From NCBI GenBank assembly GCA_015680685.1, contig MNCI01000459.1, positions 129,327 through 193,326 on the forward strand: DNA of 64,000 nucleotides, written 5' to 3'. Both the position numbers and the translations under genes were made by a program. Below are positions 39,599 through 51,279 of the stretch, one piece after another. The stretch is from Gnetum montanum. Taxonomy: Eukaryota > Plantae > Gnetophyta. Every line of letters begins with the position of its first letter. Within the stretch, counting starts at the first letter, position 1. Below the pieces are notes generated by a model. The model made no database searches. It saw nothing but the letters and a program-made list of their open reading frames with translations, and was not told where the DNA came from.

Positions 39599-40599
39599 TC
39601 GACATCTGGAGAACAGGCTTGATGGACGTCGGCAAAGAATACGAAACACCTTAGCAGGAGAAATGCTAAATTTATTGCTTGGTGAGTTCTGAGAAGCCGC
39701 TTGGCTGTGATTGAGAGTGTTGCATTGGTTTTGTGAAGGTTAAGGTAGAGAGCAAAGATGATGTTTAGTCGAGTCCCTTGCTGGAGTGCTCTGAGGGGCT
39801 CGTTTACATTTTCATCTTTGGTTGGCACTATTCTTCAACCTCTCGTACGTAAGTGTACCCTCTGTAGGATGAGTTGTTTTACATCCATGGAGGGTTTTGA
39901 CTTGCCTACAAAAACCTTCCAAATGGCAAGCTATGTTATGCACGTGATGGAGTCTACACTTTCAAGTAGCCATGTTAGTCGAGGCACTCGCTTCGTGATG
40001 CTGTAACGTTTGCTGCTATAGTGAGATGCGTTTGTGAGGACAAGGTCTTGTTGGCTACTGGCATTGTTGTTACTCTTAGGCACTGTTGCTGGTGTGAGAT
40101 GCCCAAAGTAGGAAGGCTAGCAGTAGCCCTGGTAATGCCGATGTAGAGGAGCTGGCCCACCAAGGTGCCGAGAGCCATTGTGGACGTGGATGCACTAGAA
40201 TCCCTACCAAAGGAATGCGTGCTTAATCCAGCTATGGGATCAACTACCACATAGCTAAACATTGTGTGAGCTGAAACCTTGGCAGGGAACTAAAGAGCAA
40301 CAATATTATGGCTAGGCCAAAATACTGTCAGCAGCCCATAAGTGGGAACGAGCCCATGAACTACCATCAGGGTGGTGGGTCATGGCGACGGTAGGCTCGA
40401 AGGCCCCATGTGACATCATACGACGTCTTTGAAGGGTTAGCATGACACCGAAGGTGGTGGCACCATGCATGCTCTAGACCACGTTCTCCTTGCGTTGAGG
40501 ACTACATCCTAGAGCTGCAATGTCCCACCCGTGTGCTAGCCTAACACTCCTTCATTCGATGTATATCTGGTCGTGGTGCCTGTTCAGAGTGTGACACAA

Positions 40600-40870
40600 A
40601 CCCAGTTTAAGGTCTTGGTAGACCGTGTGCTGGTTTAAGGTCTCAGTAGACTGTTGTGCTGGTTTAAGGTCCCAATAGACAGTACATGCTAGTTTTACAT
40701 CATAGCGAATGTGCAATGCCAGTTTATAGTCATAGTGAAATAACAGTGCTAGTTTTATGTTGTAGCAGATGGTTGCCTCCAATTTAACATCATGGCGGAC
40801 ACTGCTCAATGGTGCTAGTTTATTGTCATTACAGACGCTACCTGGTGCAACTGCCAGTTTATCGTGATAG
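40600..40870 (-). repeat. ~28-nt tandem repeat after the integrase stop (C)
   Basis: gctRgtttaaggtc / ccagtttaYRtcat units. Confidence 0.8.
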
Positions 40871-40899
40871 CGAATGGTGCTTCTTGTTGCCATTGCACT

Positions 40900-43800
40900 T
40901 CAAATGTAGTACGACTTGAGGTACATATGGTTCACCAGGTTGGCGAACTTGTTTCCATCCATGTTTTCTAGTTTGAAGGCTCCATTCTTGAAGGCTTTAG
41001 TGACCACATAAGGTCCTTCCTAGTTGGATGAGAATTTACTCACATGCTCATAGACGGCCTTGAGGATGAGGTCTCCCTTCTGTACTAGTCATCAATGCGG
41101 GTCTACATGGTGCTTCTGTTGTTGTTTGTCCTGATAGTGCTTGATTCGTCTCAGCATCTGTAGGTGTTCCTCCTCCACTGAGTCGAGGTCGATGGTCTGT
41201 GATTCGTTGTTCTGGGCTTCACTCACGATGTCGGACAGGATCATCCAAAGTGAGGGTACCTGCAACTCAGTAGGCAATACAGCTTTAGATCCATAAATAA
41301 GACTGTAAGGGGTCTTACTCATCATAGAACTGCAAGTTATTTGGTAGGCCCATAGGACATAGAGTATTTGCTCGTGCCACTGCCTCTTGCTATTGTTAAG
41401 CATCCGCTTCAGCAAGTTGATGATGGACTTATTTGTAGCCTCTGCCTACCTATTCGCCTATGGATAATAAGGGGAAGAAAATGATTGTTTAATGCCTAGA
41501 TTGCTACAAAATATTTAGGTTTCCATATTGCTAAACTATGGCCCATTGTCAGTCACAATAGTCATTGGGAGCCCAATCCTAGTTATAATGTTATCGAGGA
41601 TGAAAGGGCATATTTGTTGAGACATCATTTTCCTCAGGGGAATAGCTTCCATCCACTTAATAAAATACTCTGTGGTAGTGACAATGAAGCTATGACCTGC
41701 AGAGGACTTAGGCGTGATAGGCCCTATGAGGTCTAGTCCCCATCATTGGAAGGGCCACATAATTTATGTTGGGTGCAGGTCTGTAGGTGCTATGTGTATG
41801 AGATTTGCATATCTCTGGCATGTGTCGCATGTCTCAACTTTCAACAGGAAATCACGTTCATTGTAGGGCCAATAGTACCCTAGGCATGTGATCTTCATAG
41901 CCATAGCCCTAGGTGCTATGTGTCCACTACACAGCCCTTCATGAACCTCATTAACTACCTCTTGTTCCTACTCACCACCCACGCATGCCAGCAATATCCC
42001 ATCGTAGGATCGTTGGCACAAGGCATCATTTCCCATGAGTACGTATTTCCAAGCACGCTTTCGGATTGCATCTCTCTGAGCCGATGTCAATCCACCTGGG
42101 GGTTCACCATGCTGTAAATAAGCTTTAATGTTATCGTACCATTCTATGGTATCTGCAGCATTGATAAAGACCATGTGTTCCACATAAGTGATGGGCTTGA
42201 TACATTCTATGATCGTAGTTGGCAGGTTTTCCAAAGAATGCGATGGGATGTTTAACACGAGGGTAGCTAGGGCATTTGCTATGGTGTTCTCGTTATGCGA
42301 CATGTGTTGCACATCAGTGGTCATGGATTGCTTCAATAGGATTTTTGCTAGGTCGTAGTAGGGTTGTAGGTGCATAGCCTTGTAGGCATAGACTTCAGTG
42401 ATTTGATTCACGAATAGTTGGGAATCTCCCTGGATTGCCAGGTGTTGTATACGTAGCGCACGGGCAGTTAAGAGGTCTCTGAGTAGCTCCTCATATTCTG
42501 TCATATTGTTGGTGTAAGGGAACATAAATCAATAAGCGAATGAATGTATTTCCCTAGAGGGGAATGTGATTGTGGTAGCAGCGCTACCTCCTTGTGTGGT
42601 TGAGGCACTGTTGAAGTGTAAGCTCACTTCAAAGTGCAATGGGATGATGGTGACATTGCTAACATATTTTTTTGGAAACTCAGGATCTATGGTTGGTTGG
42701 TCATCAACTGGTGAGGCTGTAAGTTGGGTTGCTATGGCTTGACCCTTTGTCGACGATTGACTTACATAGCATAGGTCAAACTTTGCGGTTATTTCTTTCC
42801 ATCGGGCTATCTTGCCACTTTCATATAGGTTGCTGGTGATAGCCCAGAGTATGTTTCTTTTGCAAATGATGTTGGTTGTGCTGCGGAGCAAGTAATGTTG
42901 CCACTTTTTTAGTGTGAATACCAGGGCTAGGCAATTCCTCTCCACTTCATTGTATTTTTCCTTGTATGCTATTAGTGCATGGCTTAGGTAGTACATTGGT
43001 ATCTCAGAACCGTCATCCTGCTTCTGACATAACAACGCTACTATGGATGTGTCGGAGGTGGCAAAGTATATGAAGAAAGGCTTGTCCCTTTGTGGTGGCT
43101 TCACCATTGGAAGGCGCGAGAGCTCCTTCTTTAGATTGTCAAAGGCTTGTTGACACTGGGTTGTCCATTCGACGTCAACACCCTTGTTTAGAAGATGTTT
43201 CATGGGGTATAACATGTTGGTCAACCTTGTTATAAACCTCTGAATGAATTGCACTCTACCTTGTAAACCGTGTAACTCCTTAAGTTTTGTGGGAGGTGGT
43301 AGGTTGATGATGGCCTTGACTTTTTCTGGGTCCACCCGTGTTCTGGCCTTCGATACTACAAACCCTAACATGTGTTTGGTCTTTACTCCGAAGAAACACT
43401 TCTTAGGATTGATACGTAATTCATGCATTTGGTAGCACTTGAGGACTACCCATATATCGTGTGGGTGATTGGCTACCTCTTTGGACTTAACCGCTATATC
43501 ATCTACGTAATTGTTTAATGTTTCTAGGATGTAGTCACTGAAAATGTAGGTCATGGTTCACTGGTAGGTTGCTCCAGAATTCTTGAGCTTGAAGGGCATC
43601 ATAATATAGCAGAAGATTCCCCATGCAGTCATGAATTTTGTTGACAGCTAGTGCTCTAGGTTGATGCGAATTTGATTGTATATGAAGAAACCATCCACGA
43701 AGGATAGCAGAGCATGACCAATTGTGGTGTCAATGAGTTGATCAATGTTTGGGAGTGGGAAGTTATCTTTGATTGTTGCCTTGTTCAAGTCTTGGAAGTC

Positions 43801-44382
43801 TATACAGATTCGTATCCCTCCTTTTTTTTTGAAACTACAATGATGTTGGACACCCACTCTAAATAGTCGACCGCGTGGATGAAACCTTCTTGGTACAACT
43901 TAGTGATTTTGTCCCTCATGGCTAGTGCGATTTCTGGCTTAATCTTACACGCCTTTTGCTTGACTGCATTTACGTGTGGGTCTAGGATGATATTGTGTTG
44001 AATCATCCATGGATCTATACCCGGCATGTCACTGTACAAGCATGCAAAAACATCTATATGATCTTGCAATTTTTTAACTATGCCTTAATGTATTTGCATA
44101 TCTAGGAGGGAGATAAGTCTTAACGTCTTTACCTCCCTTTTTGACGTGGTTACGAGTATCTCAACAAGAGGATCATCGATTACATCCTTAGCCTCTACAT
44201 CTTAGGCTTGGACTAGGTGTTTGAGCCAATCCGGGGATGCTTCTAAGGTTTCTACAGTGTTAATCGTAGTCGACCCCCCAGTCGATCATATCAAGGTTCA
44301 ACTATCTTGCGAGCTTGCCTTGTGGCCCTGCTAGCGTTAAAGGTGTGGAAAGGGTGAGATGGATTCCCATCTCTCGCTTGAC
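40900..44382 (-). pseudogene. pol: RT-RNase H-additional RNase H-integrase block of element C
   Basis: IRICIDFQDLNKA (43648-43857); NNYVDDI...RH (42529-43554); aRH TNNMTEYE...GDSQL...NTIANALA (41968-42525); INT C-terminal part (41092-41415); TGA at 40902-40900. Confidence 0.96.
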
Positions 44383-45901
44383 CTACCATCATAAGATAAA
44401 AGCCTAGGTAAGGGTCATCAGAGATTGTGTGTAGCGCAAATCTACAAAGAAGCACCGAGACACAACTTGCTAAGTAAGGCGATGTAAAGATTGAAAGTTT
44501 GCTAGTTTAAGGTTGTGGCAGACCACCAAGGTGCAAGAGTGTAGAGTTGCTGGTTGAACATGTGCCTATTGATATTCCAGTGCCAAAACCGCTAGTCTAG
44601 TATCATCTCGGACTACCATATTGCGACATGTGAAACCTTGATATGCAAAATAATGATAAAAAGAAGGAGATTCCAAGTATAAGAGGTATCAAACTGTTAG
44701 TGTGAGAATGAAGACACGAAACTGCTAGGAAATGTGATACCACCTATGTCGAAGCGTATGAGGTAACTACTGACGTAAGGATGTAGTTAGTTTAACGTCA
44801 ATGCAGATTGTCAACGTCACGGGTTGAAACTACTATTTTAGGGTCCTTTCAGACTTTGAAGGGTGCAACTATGCTAGGCTCATTAGCTTTAGGTCTTTTC
44901 GGACCCTTAATCAAAAAAAAATATTATTATATATATTTTCTTTTTTATGTTTGTTTTTGAGAAGGTGAGTAGTTGGCTTGAAGCATGTCAAGGTTTAAAT
45001 GCTAATAGTGTCATGATGTCGTGGCGAGCATGCTACGTTGCACACCATGCTCCACATTAATCAGAGATAGAGAGAGAGGGAAAGTTTCCCCATTTCATTA
45101 CTACTGTCATAAATAGGGATTGAACCCAGGTAATTTTTTCATTTTTAGCGTAAAAGCATAGAATCCTCATTGGAGCACTCGGCGATTTCGGAGAGCAGAG
45201 CAATTGTGTTAATTGATTCGCGAGGAGAATTTCTAAAGTAAAGGTCGTAGATCTGCAAGCAGGGCCATGGATCCTAAAACTCATTTGGTGCTTGTGAAGG
45301 TTTGGGAGGTGAAAAAGACCCTGAGGCGTGCACCACAAGCACATACTCTAGCACGGGAGAGCACACCATTGACCTAGTGAGTTTTCATGTCTCCTTCACC
45401 CTTTTCATCTTACATCTTCTGCCGCTTTCTATTCTGGTTTTTCATCTTATTTTCTTGTCTATTTGTATCTTCTGTAGCTGTGTTTATTTTAGCCTTTATC
45501 TTGATGTGGCCTCTTTTTTCTTTTGGTTTTTGTGCAAGGGTTTCATTGTGATTGCATGTAAGGCCATTTTCGTTGCCACGGTTCTTGCAACTGTGGGGAT
45601 GGGACCATTTAAGTTGTTTGACCTTGGCATGCCATGATGTATAATCCTCAGGAGGGTTTGGTTATCTGTGATGTAGCACCGTGGCTTATGTTTTGTGTGA
45701 GTATGCTGTTAGTTTTTTTACTACTACACTAAGCTACTTGCATGTTCTCACCATGCTAGGCTTTCGCATCCTTGCTACGCTATGTATGGACAAGGGGTTA
45801 TGCTATGCTCTATTTATGGTTTTCTGGGCACTGCTATGTTGCACATGCATTGCATTCAAATGTGATGCTAATATTTTCTTGTTGCATCGTGAAGGGTAGG
45901 G

Positions 45902-46466
45902 ATGAGGTCTAGGCTAATCCTTTTGGACCTTGAAGGGGTCCTATGTCATATAGGCAGACCTATGACCAACATTCCTCCTCCCCCAATATGCATGGGAGAT
46001 TGAGCGGTTTGGTTCAGGGAAGGGGCATGAGACTTCTTGTAATTCCTTCTCAACCACTTTAGTCTAATGGTTTGGTCCTCCTTAGACGAGACACAGTCAT
46101 CCGGCATAATAGAGGCCATGTTGCTAGGGACAAATAGGGGTATCCTAAGATACCTTTTCAATGACGCGACTACAAGAAGGCCGGGAGGAGGGTCCACCTA
46201 ACACTAAACTGGGTTAAGGAATTTAGCCTAGATCTAGGATATGCCAAAATACTAGTGCTATCACCAGTACAACACATTGTACCTTGTGTGCCACATGGAG
46301 ACATACTTTTAGAACCCACAGGGGATCGTCTATTGTATTGGTGTGTGAGTTTCACGTCTTTGCTCTGCTTGGTTGTTCAATGTCGACAATACCTGGACAA
46401 GTGCTAATAGTTTGTGCTTATCATCAGGTTCTATATTGACAATGAAGGGGTTCATGACTGGCCAGG
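45902..46466 (+). pseudogene. 5' coding part (FCP1/NIF-like exon) of the antisense gene of element C; remainder deleted
   Basis: Single frame MRSRLILLDLEGVLCH...VWFREGA*DFL*FLLNHFSLMVWSS...LRNLA*I*...YNTLYL...NPQG; intron 46345-46427; similarity to A stops at ~46466 and resumes at ~50720 (A ~5520). Confidence 0.8.
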
Positions 46467-47159
46467 TGAGTTGTTAAATGACATGACTACAAGTAGAGGC
46501 TCTCTTACAACAATCCCAATAGTGGTTCTTATACGTTGCACAATAATAAAATTTACTACTAAAATTCTCTTAAGGCTTTTAAACACAACTTCTTCTATGG
46601 CAAAATTTTAACAGAAATTTTCTATCGGGCAACAAGAACAAAATTACTTGCCAAGGATGATACTATCTAAACCACTAGCTAGACAATTTTAAAAAAATAA
46701 AAATAAAACATAACTCACAGGACTATGACAAAGCTGAAATATTTTCTTGAGTCATTCATCTTACAAGAAATCTTTCACAATTTCTTCTTTACAATGCTCT
46801 TCTCCCAAGACTCAAAGTGTGTCTCCAAGTGAGAGCCCAAGTGTATCCCAAGTCTTCCAAAGTGTGTTTTCTTCCCCTTGTGATGATATTTCTTCTTACC
46901 CCCTGAAGCCTTTTTATAGGGTTCAAAAGGTAGTTACATTCAAAATATCTTTGCTAACTTCTCTCCCAAGTAACTTGCCCAACAAGTTAGGAGATTACTT
47001 GCCCAACAAGCTAGGAGATTAGTTGCCCAACAAGTTAGATAAGTTACAAAAATTTTGGGTGGTTGTAACCACCGATAAGCTACAACTGACAAGTGTAGGA
47101 TATTAGAAAAATATTCAACAAGTTCTTCTTTTTAAATTTTTCTTATAATACTTTTTCCT

Positions 47160-48060
47160 TAAGAATTCATAGGGGTATACAATATTTTCATCCAATTTTT
47201 ACCTCTAGTTAAGTCACAAAGTCGTAGAAATGTTTCATTTTTACAAGAAGAGACCTCCATGTATAGTGAAGAAACTAGAACTTTACAAATGGATGTAGCA
47301 GAATGAAAATGGATTGGGGGAACAGCCGATGAGTTTATTTTTTCAAAACATGACAATATGCCTTATCAAAAGTGAGAACCTTAAAAATATTTGTGGAGGA
47401 GGTGCTTTGTTGTTTGGCCAACTGCCGATTTTTCTCAACGAGCTTCTGCAATGCGTAGCCACGCCTCCACTGAACTTGTCATGCAAGTTGCACCTCCCAA
47501 AAATACTGAAGCAGTTGAAACTAATTCTATGCATGGTTCACTGGTAGCTACCACATCTTCCTGTAAATCCTCAGTGATGGTTCATGGTTAAGTTCTTTCA
47601 GATTCATCGGTAACGGTGGTATCGCTAGGGCTTGATGCAGGCCATGAATTTTTGCTAATTTTTGGGTTGACATTGCTATTGAGCACGTTGTCAGGCTACA
47701 AAAAAGTGGTAGGACTTGTGTTGGCCATTTGTAACAGCTTATCAAATATCTAGGGAACCTTCAGCAACTGGGATACCTGCTTATATGCAGTTGTTGGAAT
47801 TTACAGCAACTGCCTTCAACTATCTACAACTTCAAAAAATTTGATACTTCAGGAGATTTTAGATTGCCATCCATTGAAAGGATTGCTATCCACATTGGAA
47901 AATATTTCAAACATGAGATGGCTCACTGTGAATACATGTACGATGGTTGAATCTATCCACATGGAGTCAGTCTTCAAACTTTCAGAGCTCAGTGTAGTTG
48001 GTTTTGACCATCTCAAAACCGTTATTGGGATTGGTGTCTCAAGTCTTTGGAAATAGTGAT
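47160..48060 (+). pseudogene. Leucine-rich-repeat gene fragment (NLR resistance-gene type) inside X2
   Basis: Across frameshifts: LSGYKKVVGLVLAICNSLSNI / LGNLQQLGYLLICSCWNLQQLPSTIYNFKK / LILQEILDCHPLKGLLSTLENISNMRWLTVNTCTMVESI...KLSELSVVGFDHLKTV, fitting LxxLxxLxLxxCxxLxxLP. Confidence 0.75.
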
Positions 48061-48121
48061 GATCCAAGGCTATGACCAGCTTATGTTTCCAAATAGCATT
48101 ATGGCTGTTCAGCCACATAGG

Positions 48122-50122
48122 TGAAACACCACAAAATTTTGAGCTTAGTACATATCCAACAAGAATCAAGCTAAGTCATGATGCTCCCCAGCATGACTGA
48201 AGCTTGAGGACCTCACAGACAGCTTCAAACAGAGTCAAACTAAGAAAGAAATGGTTATGTAGGATCCATAGAAGACTACAGTGACATTTAGCATCAAACC
48301 TGGCAAGTTTTAAGCTCAAAATACTTGGTTTTCACTAAGTATGCATCTTGTACACTAGCCTATACATGCCCAGCGTATGGCCCAGCATGGAGTAACTTTT
48401 GAGACTCAAAAACTCATCAAAATAGGTCAAAATCGAAGGTATAGACTTCCATGACCTTCACTAAGGTCCCAGGAAGCTCTCAGGCTCCTGAAAATCATGT
48501 TTTGGGCTCCAAATCCTACACGCCCAGCGTGTATGCCTAGTGTGCAACAACTTCTGGGCCCCAAAAATGAGCTAAAACATGCCAAAATTGAGTTTATAGA
48601 CCCCCTAGGACCTTCACCAAGGTCCTCCATAGCTCTCAGGCTCCTAAAAATCAAGTTTTGGAGTGCAAATGATGGGTTTTCATTCCTGCATGCCTAGCGT
48701 ACGCCCAGCATGCAGCTCAGCGTGCAACAACTTCTGGCCCCCAATTATTAGCCAAAACATGTTAAAATTGAGGATTTTGACTCCCCAAGACCTTCAAAAG
48801 CATCCCCAGTAGCTCTCAGGCTCCTAAAAATTAAGTTTTGGGCTCCAAATGATGGGTTTTCATTCCTGCATGCCTATCATGTAGCTCAGCGTGCAGCAAC
48901 TTATGGGCCCCAAAAATGAGCCAGAACATGCTAGAATTGAGCATCTAGACCCTCTAGGACCTTCAATAAGGTCCTCACCAGCTCTCAGGCTCTTGAAAAT
49001 CAAGTTTTGGGCTCCAAACGATGGGTTTTAATTCTTACACGCCCAGCTTGTACGCCCAGTGTGCATCTTAGCTTGCAGCAGCTTTTGGGCCCCAAAAATG
49101 AGCCAAAACATGCTAGAATTGAGCGTTTTGAACCCCCAAGACCATCACCAAGGTCCCTAGTAGCTCTCAGCCTCCTGAAAATTAAGTTTTGGGCTCCAAA
49201 TGATGGGTTTTCATTCCTGCACGCTTAGCATATACGCCCAACGTGCACCATCAAGGATCTCTCAAAATAGGCATCCCAGAACAAGATCTCCACCTACAAT
49301 CAACTCTCAGAGGCAAGGAAATTGTTAGGCATCATCCTAGGCTCCCAAAAATGAAGATTCAACCTCAAAATGTTGCACTTACATGATCTATACGTTGAGC
49401 ATACATACTCTGCACGCCCAGCGTGTACACGCTGGCATGTAGCACGCTGTATAGTTGTAATATTCTTTGCACTTAGGCAACATAGCCACATGTCATCTGA
49501 CCTAAAATTTTCTTACCCACGACCACTCATACCCTTCAAGATCTAAATATAATGCCCAAGATCTCATAAAAATCCTAATTTTTCACTAGATCAGGGGTTG
49601 GCAATTTTTACAAATAGACAAAAACTGAATAAAAAACACTTGGCAAATATGGGCATCAACCTCAGTATGTTGGGGCATCAGACTTGGATGCTGCATTTCC
49701 TTGCAACCCAAAACCTGCATCTTCCAGCACCTGTCATCACCCACCGGGGCTAAATGTCTACCTTGTGATTAATCCACAACTACGTTCTAACCGGTGCACA
49801 CTGTAATCACTTTTTCAATACAAAACAGTTTACAGTTTTGCCCAAATTTATTGCAGTTTTCTTTGTTATTCTAGTTTACATTATTGTGCCTATTTACGTT
49901 ATGGTTTACGTTTAATATGCATCATTTACATATAACCCAACACATTGCAAAGTGCATACATTGGGAAATTTCTTGTTTGATCTGCATGCGGACCATTCAA
50001 GCCACTATGCCTTCATCCATTCTAGCTTGCCCTCAAGCAGAGGCAGGGTCTGCTACGCTTGTCTGTGAATCTTTTGGTGCCCATAACATTCCAGCTCAGC
50101 ACCAATAATTTCAGATGGTACA
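48122..50122 (+). mobile_element. Solo LTR related to element D, nested in X2
   Basis: Starts TGAAACACCACAAAATTTT like D (59688). The 3' part (49975-50122) matches D 60870-61014. Flanks ATAGG / TTAGG (TSD with one mismatch). No PBS follows. Confidence 0.88.
48430..49245 (+). repeat. ~156-181 bp tandem repeat inside the solo LTR (5 units)
   Basis: gctctcagRctcYtRaaaatYaagttttggg at ~48476, 48632, 48812, 48981, 49162. Confidence 0.9.
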
Positions 50123-51039
50123 TTAGGCTTAATGGAATATGTTTGTCGCTCAACCAAGAATTTCTTAGAAGATATAACTATGATGATTTTGTGGTAACTC
50201 TATTTTAGATCAATTTGTATTTGTTTACATAATATGGTTGCCTATGGACAATTTGTTCTCTCATCTTATGCCTCATGTTATCTTTGAATGCAAAAATTAA
50301 CAAGTTTGATGGAAAAGATCCCATCCCAAATTAATTTTAATACAAAGTGAGCCCCTATTTTCTACCAAAGAATTACCATTGACATTAAGGTACATTCATT
50401 ATGCAAGAAATCAAGAGATGTGTAGGAATGTTCCCAGTAAGCTCATTTGAACTCAAATCAAGAAACACCATACTCTTACACTTACTCAACTCTCAGTAAT
50501 TGAACCAAAAATGAATCTTTGCATAAAACTAACCATTTAAAGAATTAATATTAGGGAGAATAGATGCAGCCCATCTCATCCAATCTTTTTTAGCAAGTGA
50601 TAGGAATCAATACCTTTTCAACCTACATCTTGCCATTTCAATAGTTCTAATGAAATATTTTGAAGGTTTCAATTATCTCATATCTCTATTCCATGAAATG
50701 GCCAAAATGTGCCAACACATTTATCGCCCTAGCTAACTTCTTCATTTTTGGGATATAGGTTCATGATGAAGGTGTGAGACCCATGGAGGGAGGAGATGAA
50801 GAGCTGGTAGGAGGCAACACAGGAGCAGGTGATGGACAAGTAGATGAAGCAGAGGAAAATGATGAAAGTGATGCAAATGGAGATAACCCATGACAACATG
50901 GGACTTTCTCTTTTTTTTTGAGAAAATTTTGCAAATACTACCAATGGATGAAAATTTTGAATGAAATGAGAAACTTCAGAAAGTAAACTGATTTTGTATT
51001 TAACTTATGTACCATGCAAAGCTTTTCATGCTCTCGTAT

Positions 51040-51150
51040 GTTAGTTTTAGGCCATTCTGGGCCATTGCTAGTTTTGGGCCGTTTCGGGCCATTGCGTAAT
51101 AAGTTAAAGCAGAAGGCAACAATGCTAGTTTTGGGCCATTTCGGGCCATA
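51040..51150 (-). repeat. ATGGCCC.AAA.GGCCYAAAACTAG repeats downstream of protease (C)
   Basis: Three copies, homologous to A 5868-6075. Confidence 0.8.
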
Positions 51151-51279
51151 GGGCACCATGCCAAAAAGATAGCATATTGACAAGGCAAGGAGATGGTGAA
51201 TGTGCAAGGATAGCAACTAGGCGGGAAGTCGTAAGGCTGGTATTCTATGCGTAGCTGCCTTTTGACCTTTCATGGGTTG

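Larger units (their letters stand above)
46467..50717 (-). mobile_element. Nested LTR-type insertion X2 (same family as X1, opposite orientation, left end truncated)
   Basis: Right end CCATGAAATGGCCAAAATGTGCCAACA is the reverse complement of the X1 start. 46955-47045 is the reverse complement of 38170-38250. TATAAAAA on minus at ~46910-46917. No TSD found. Confidence 0.75.
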
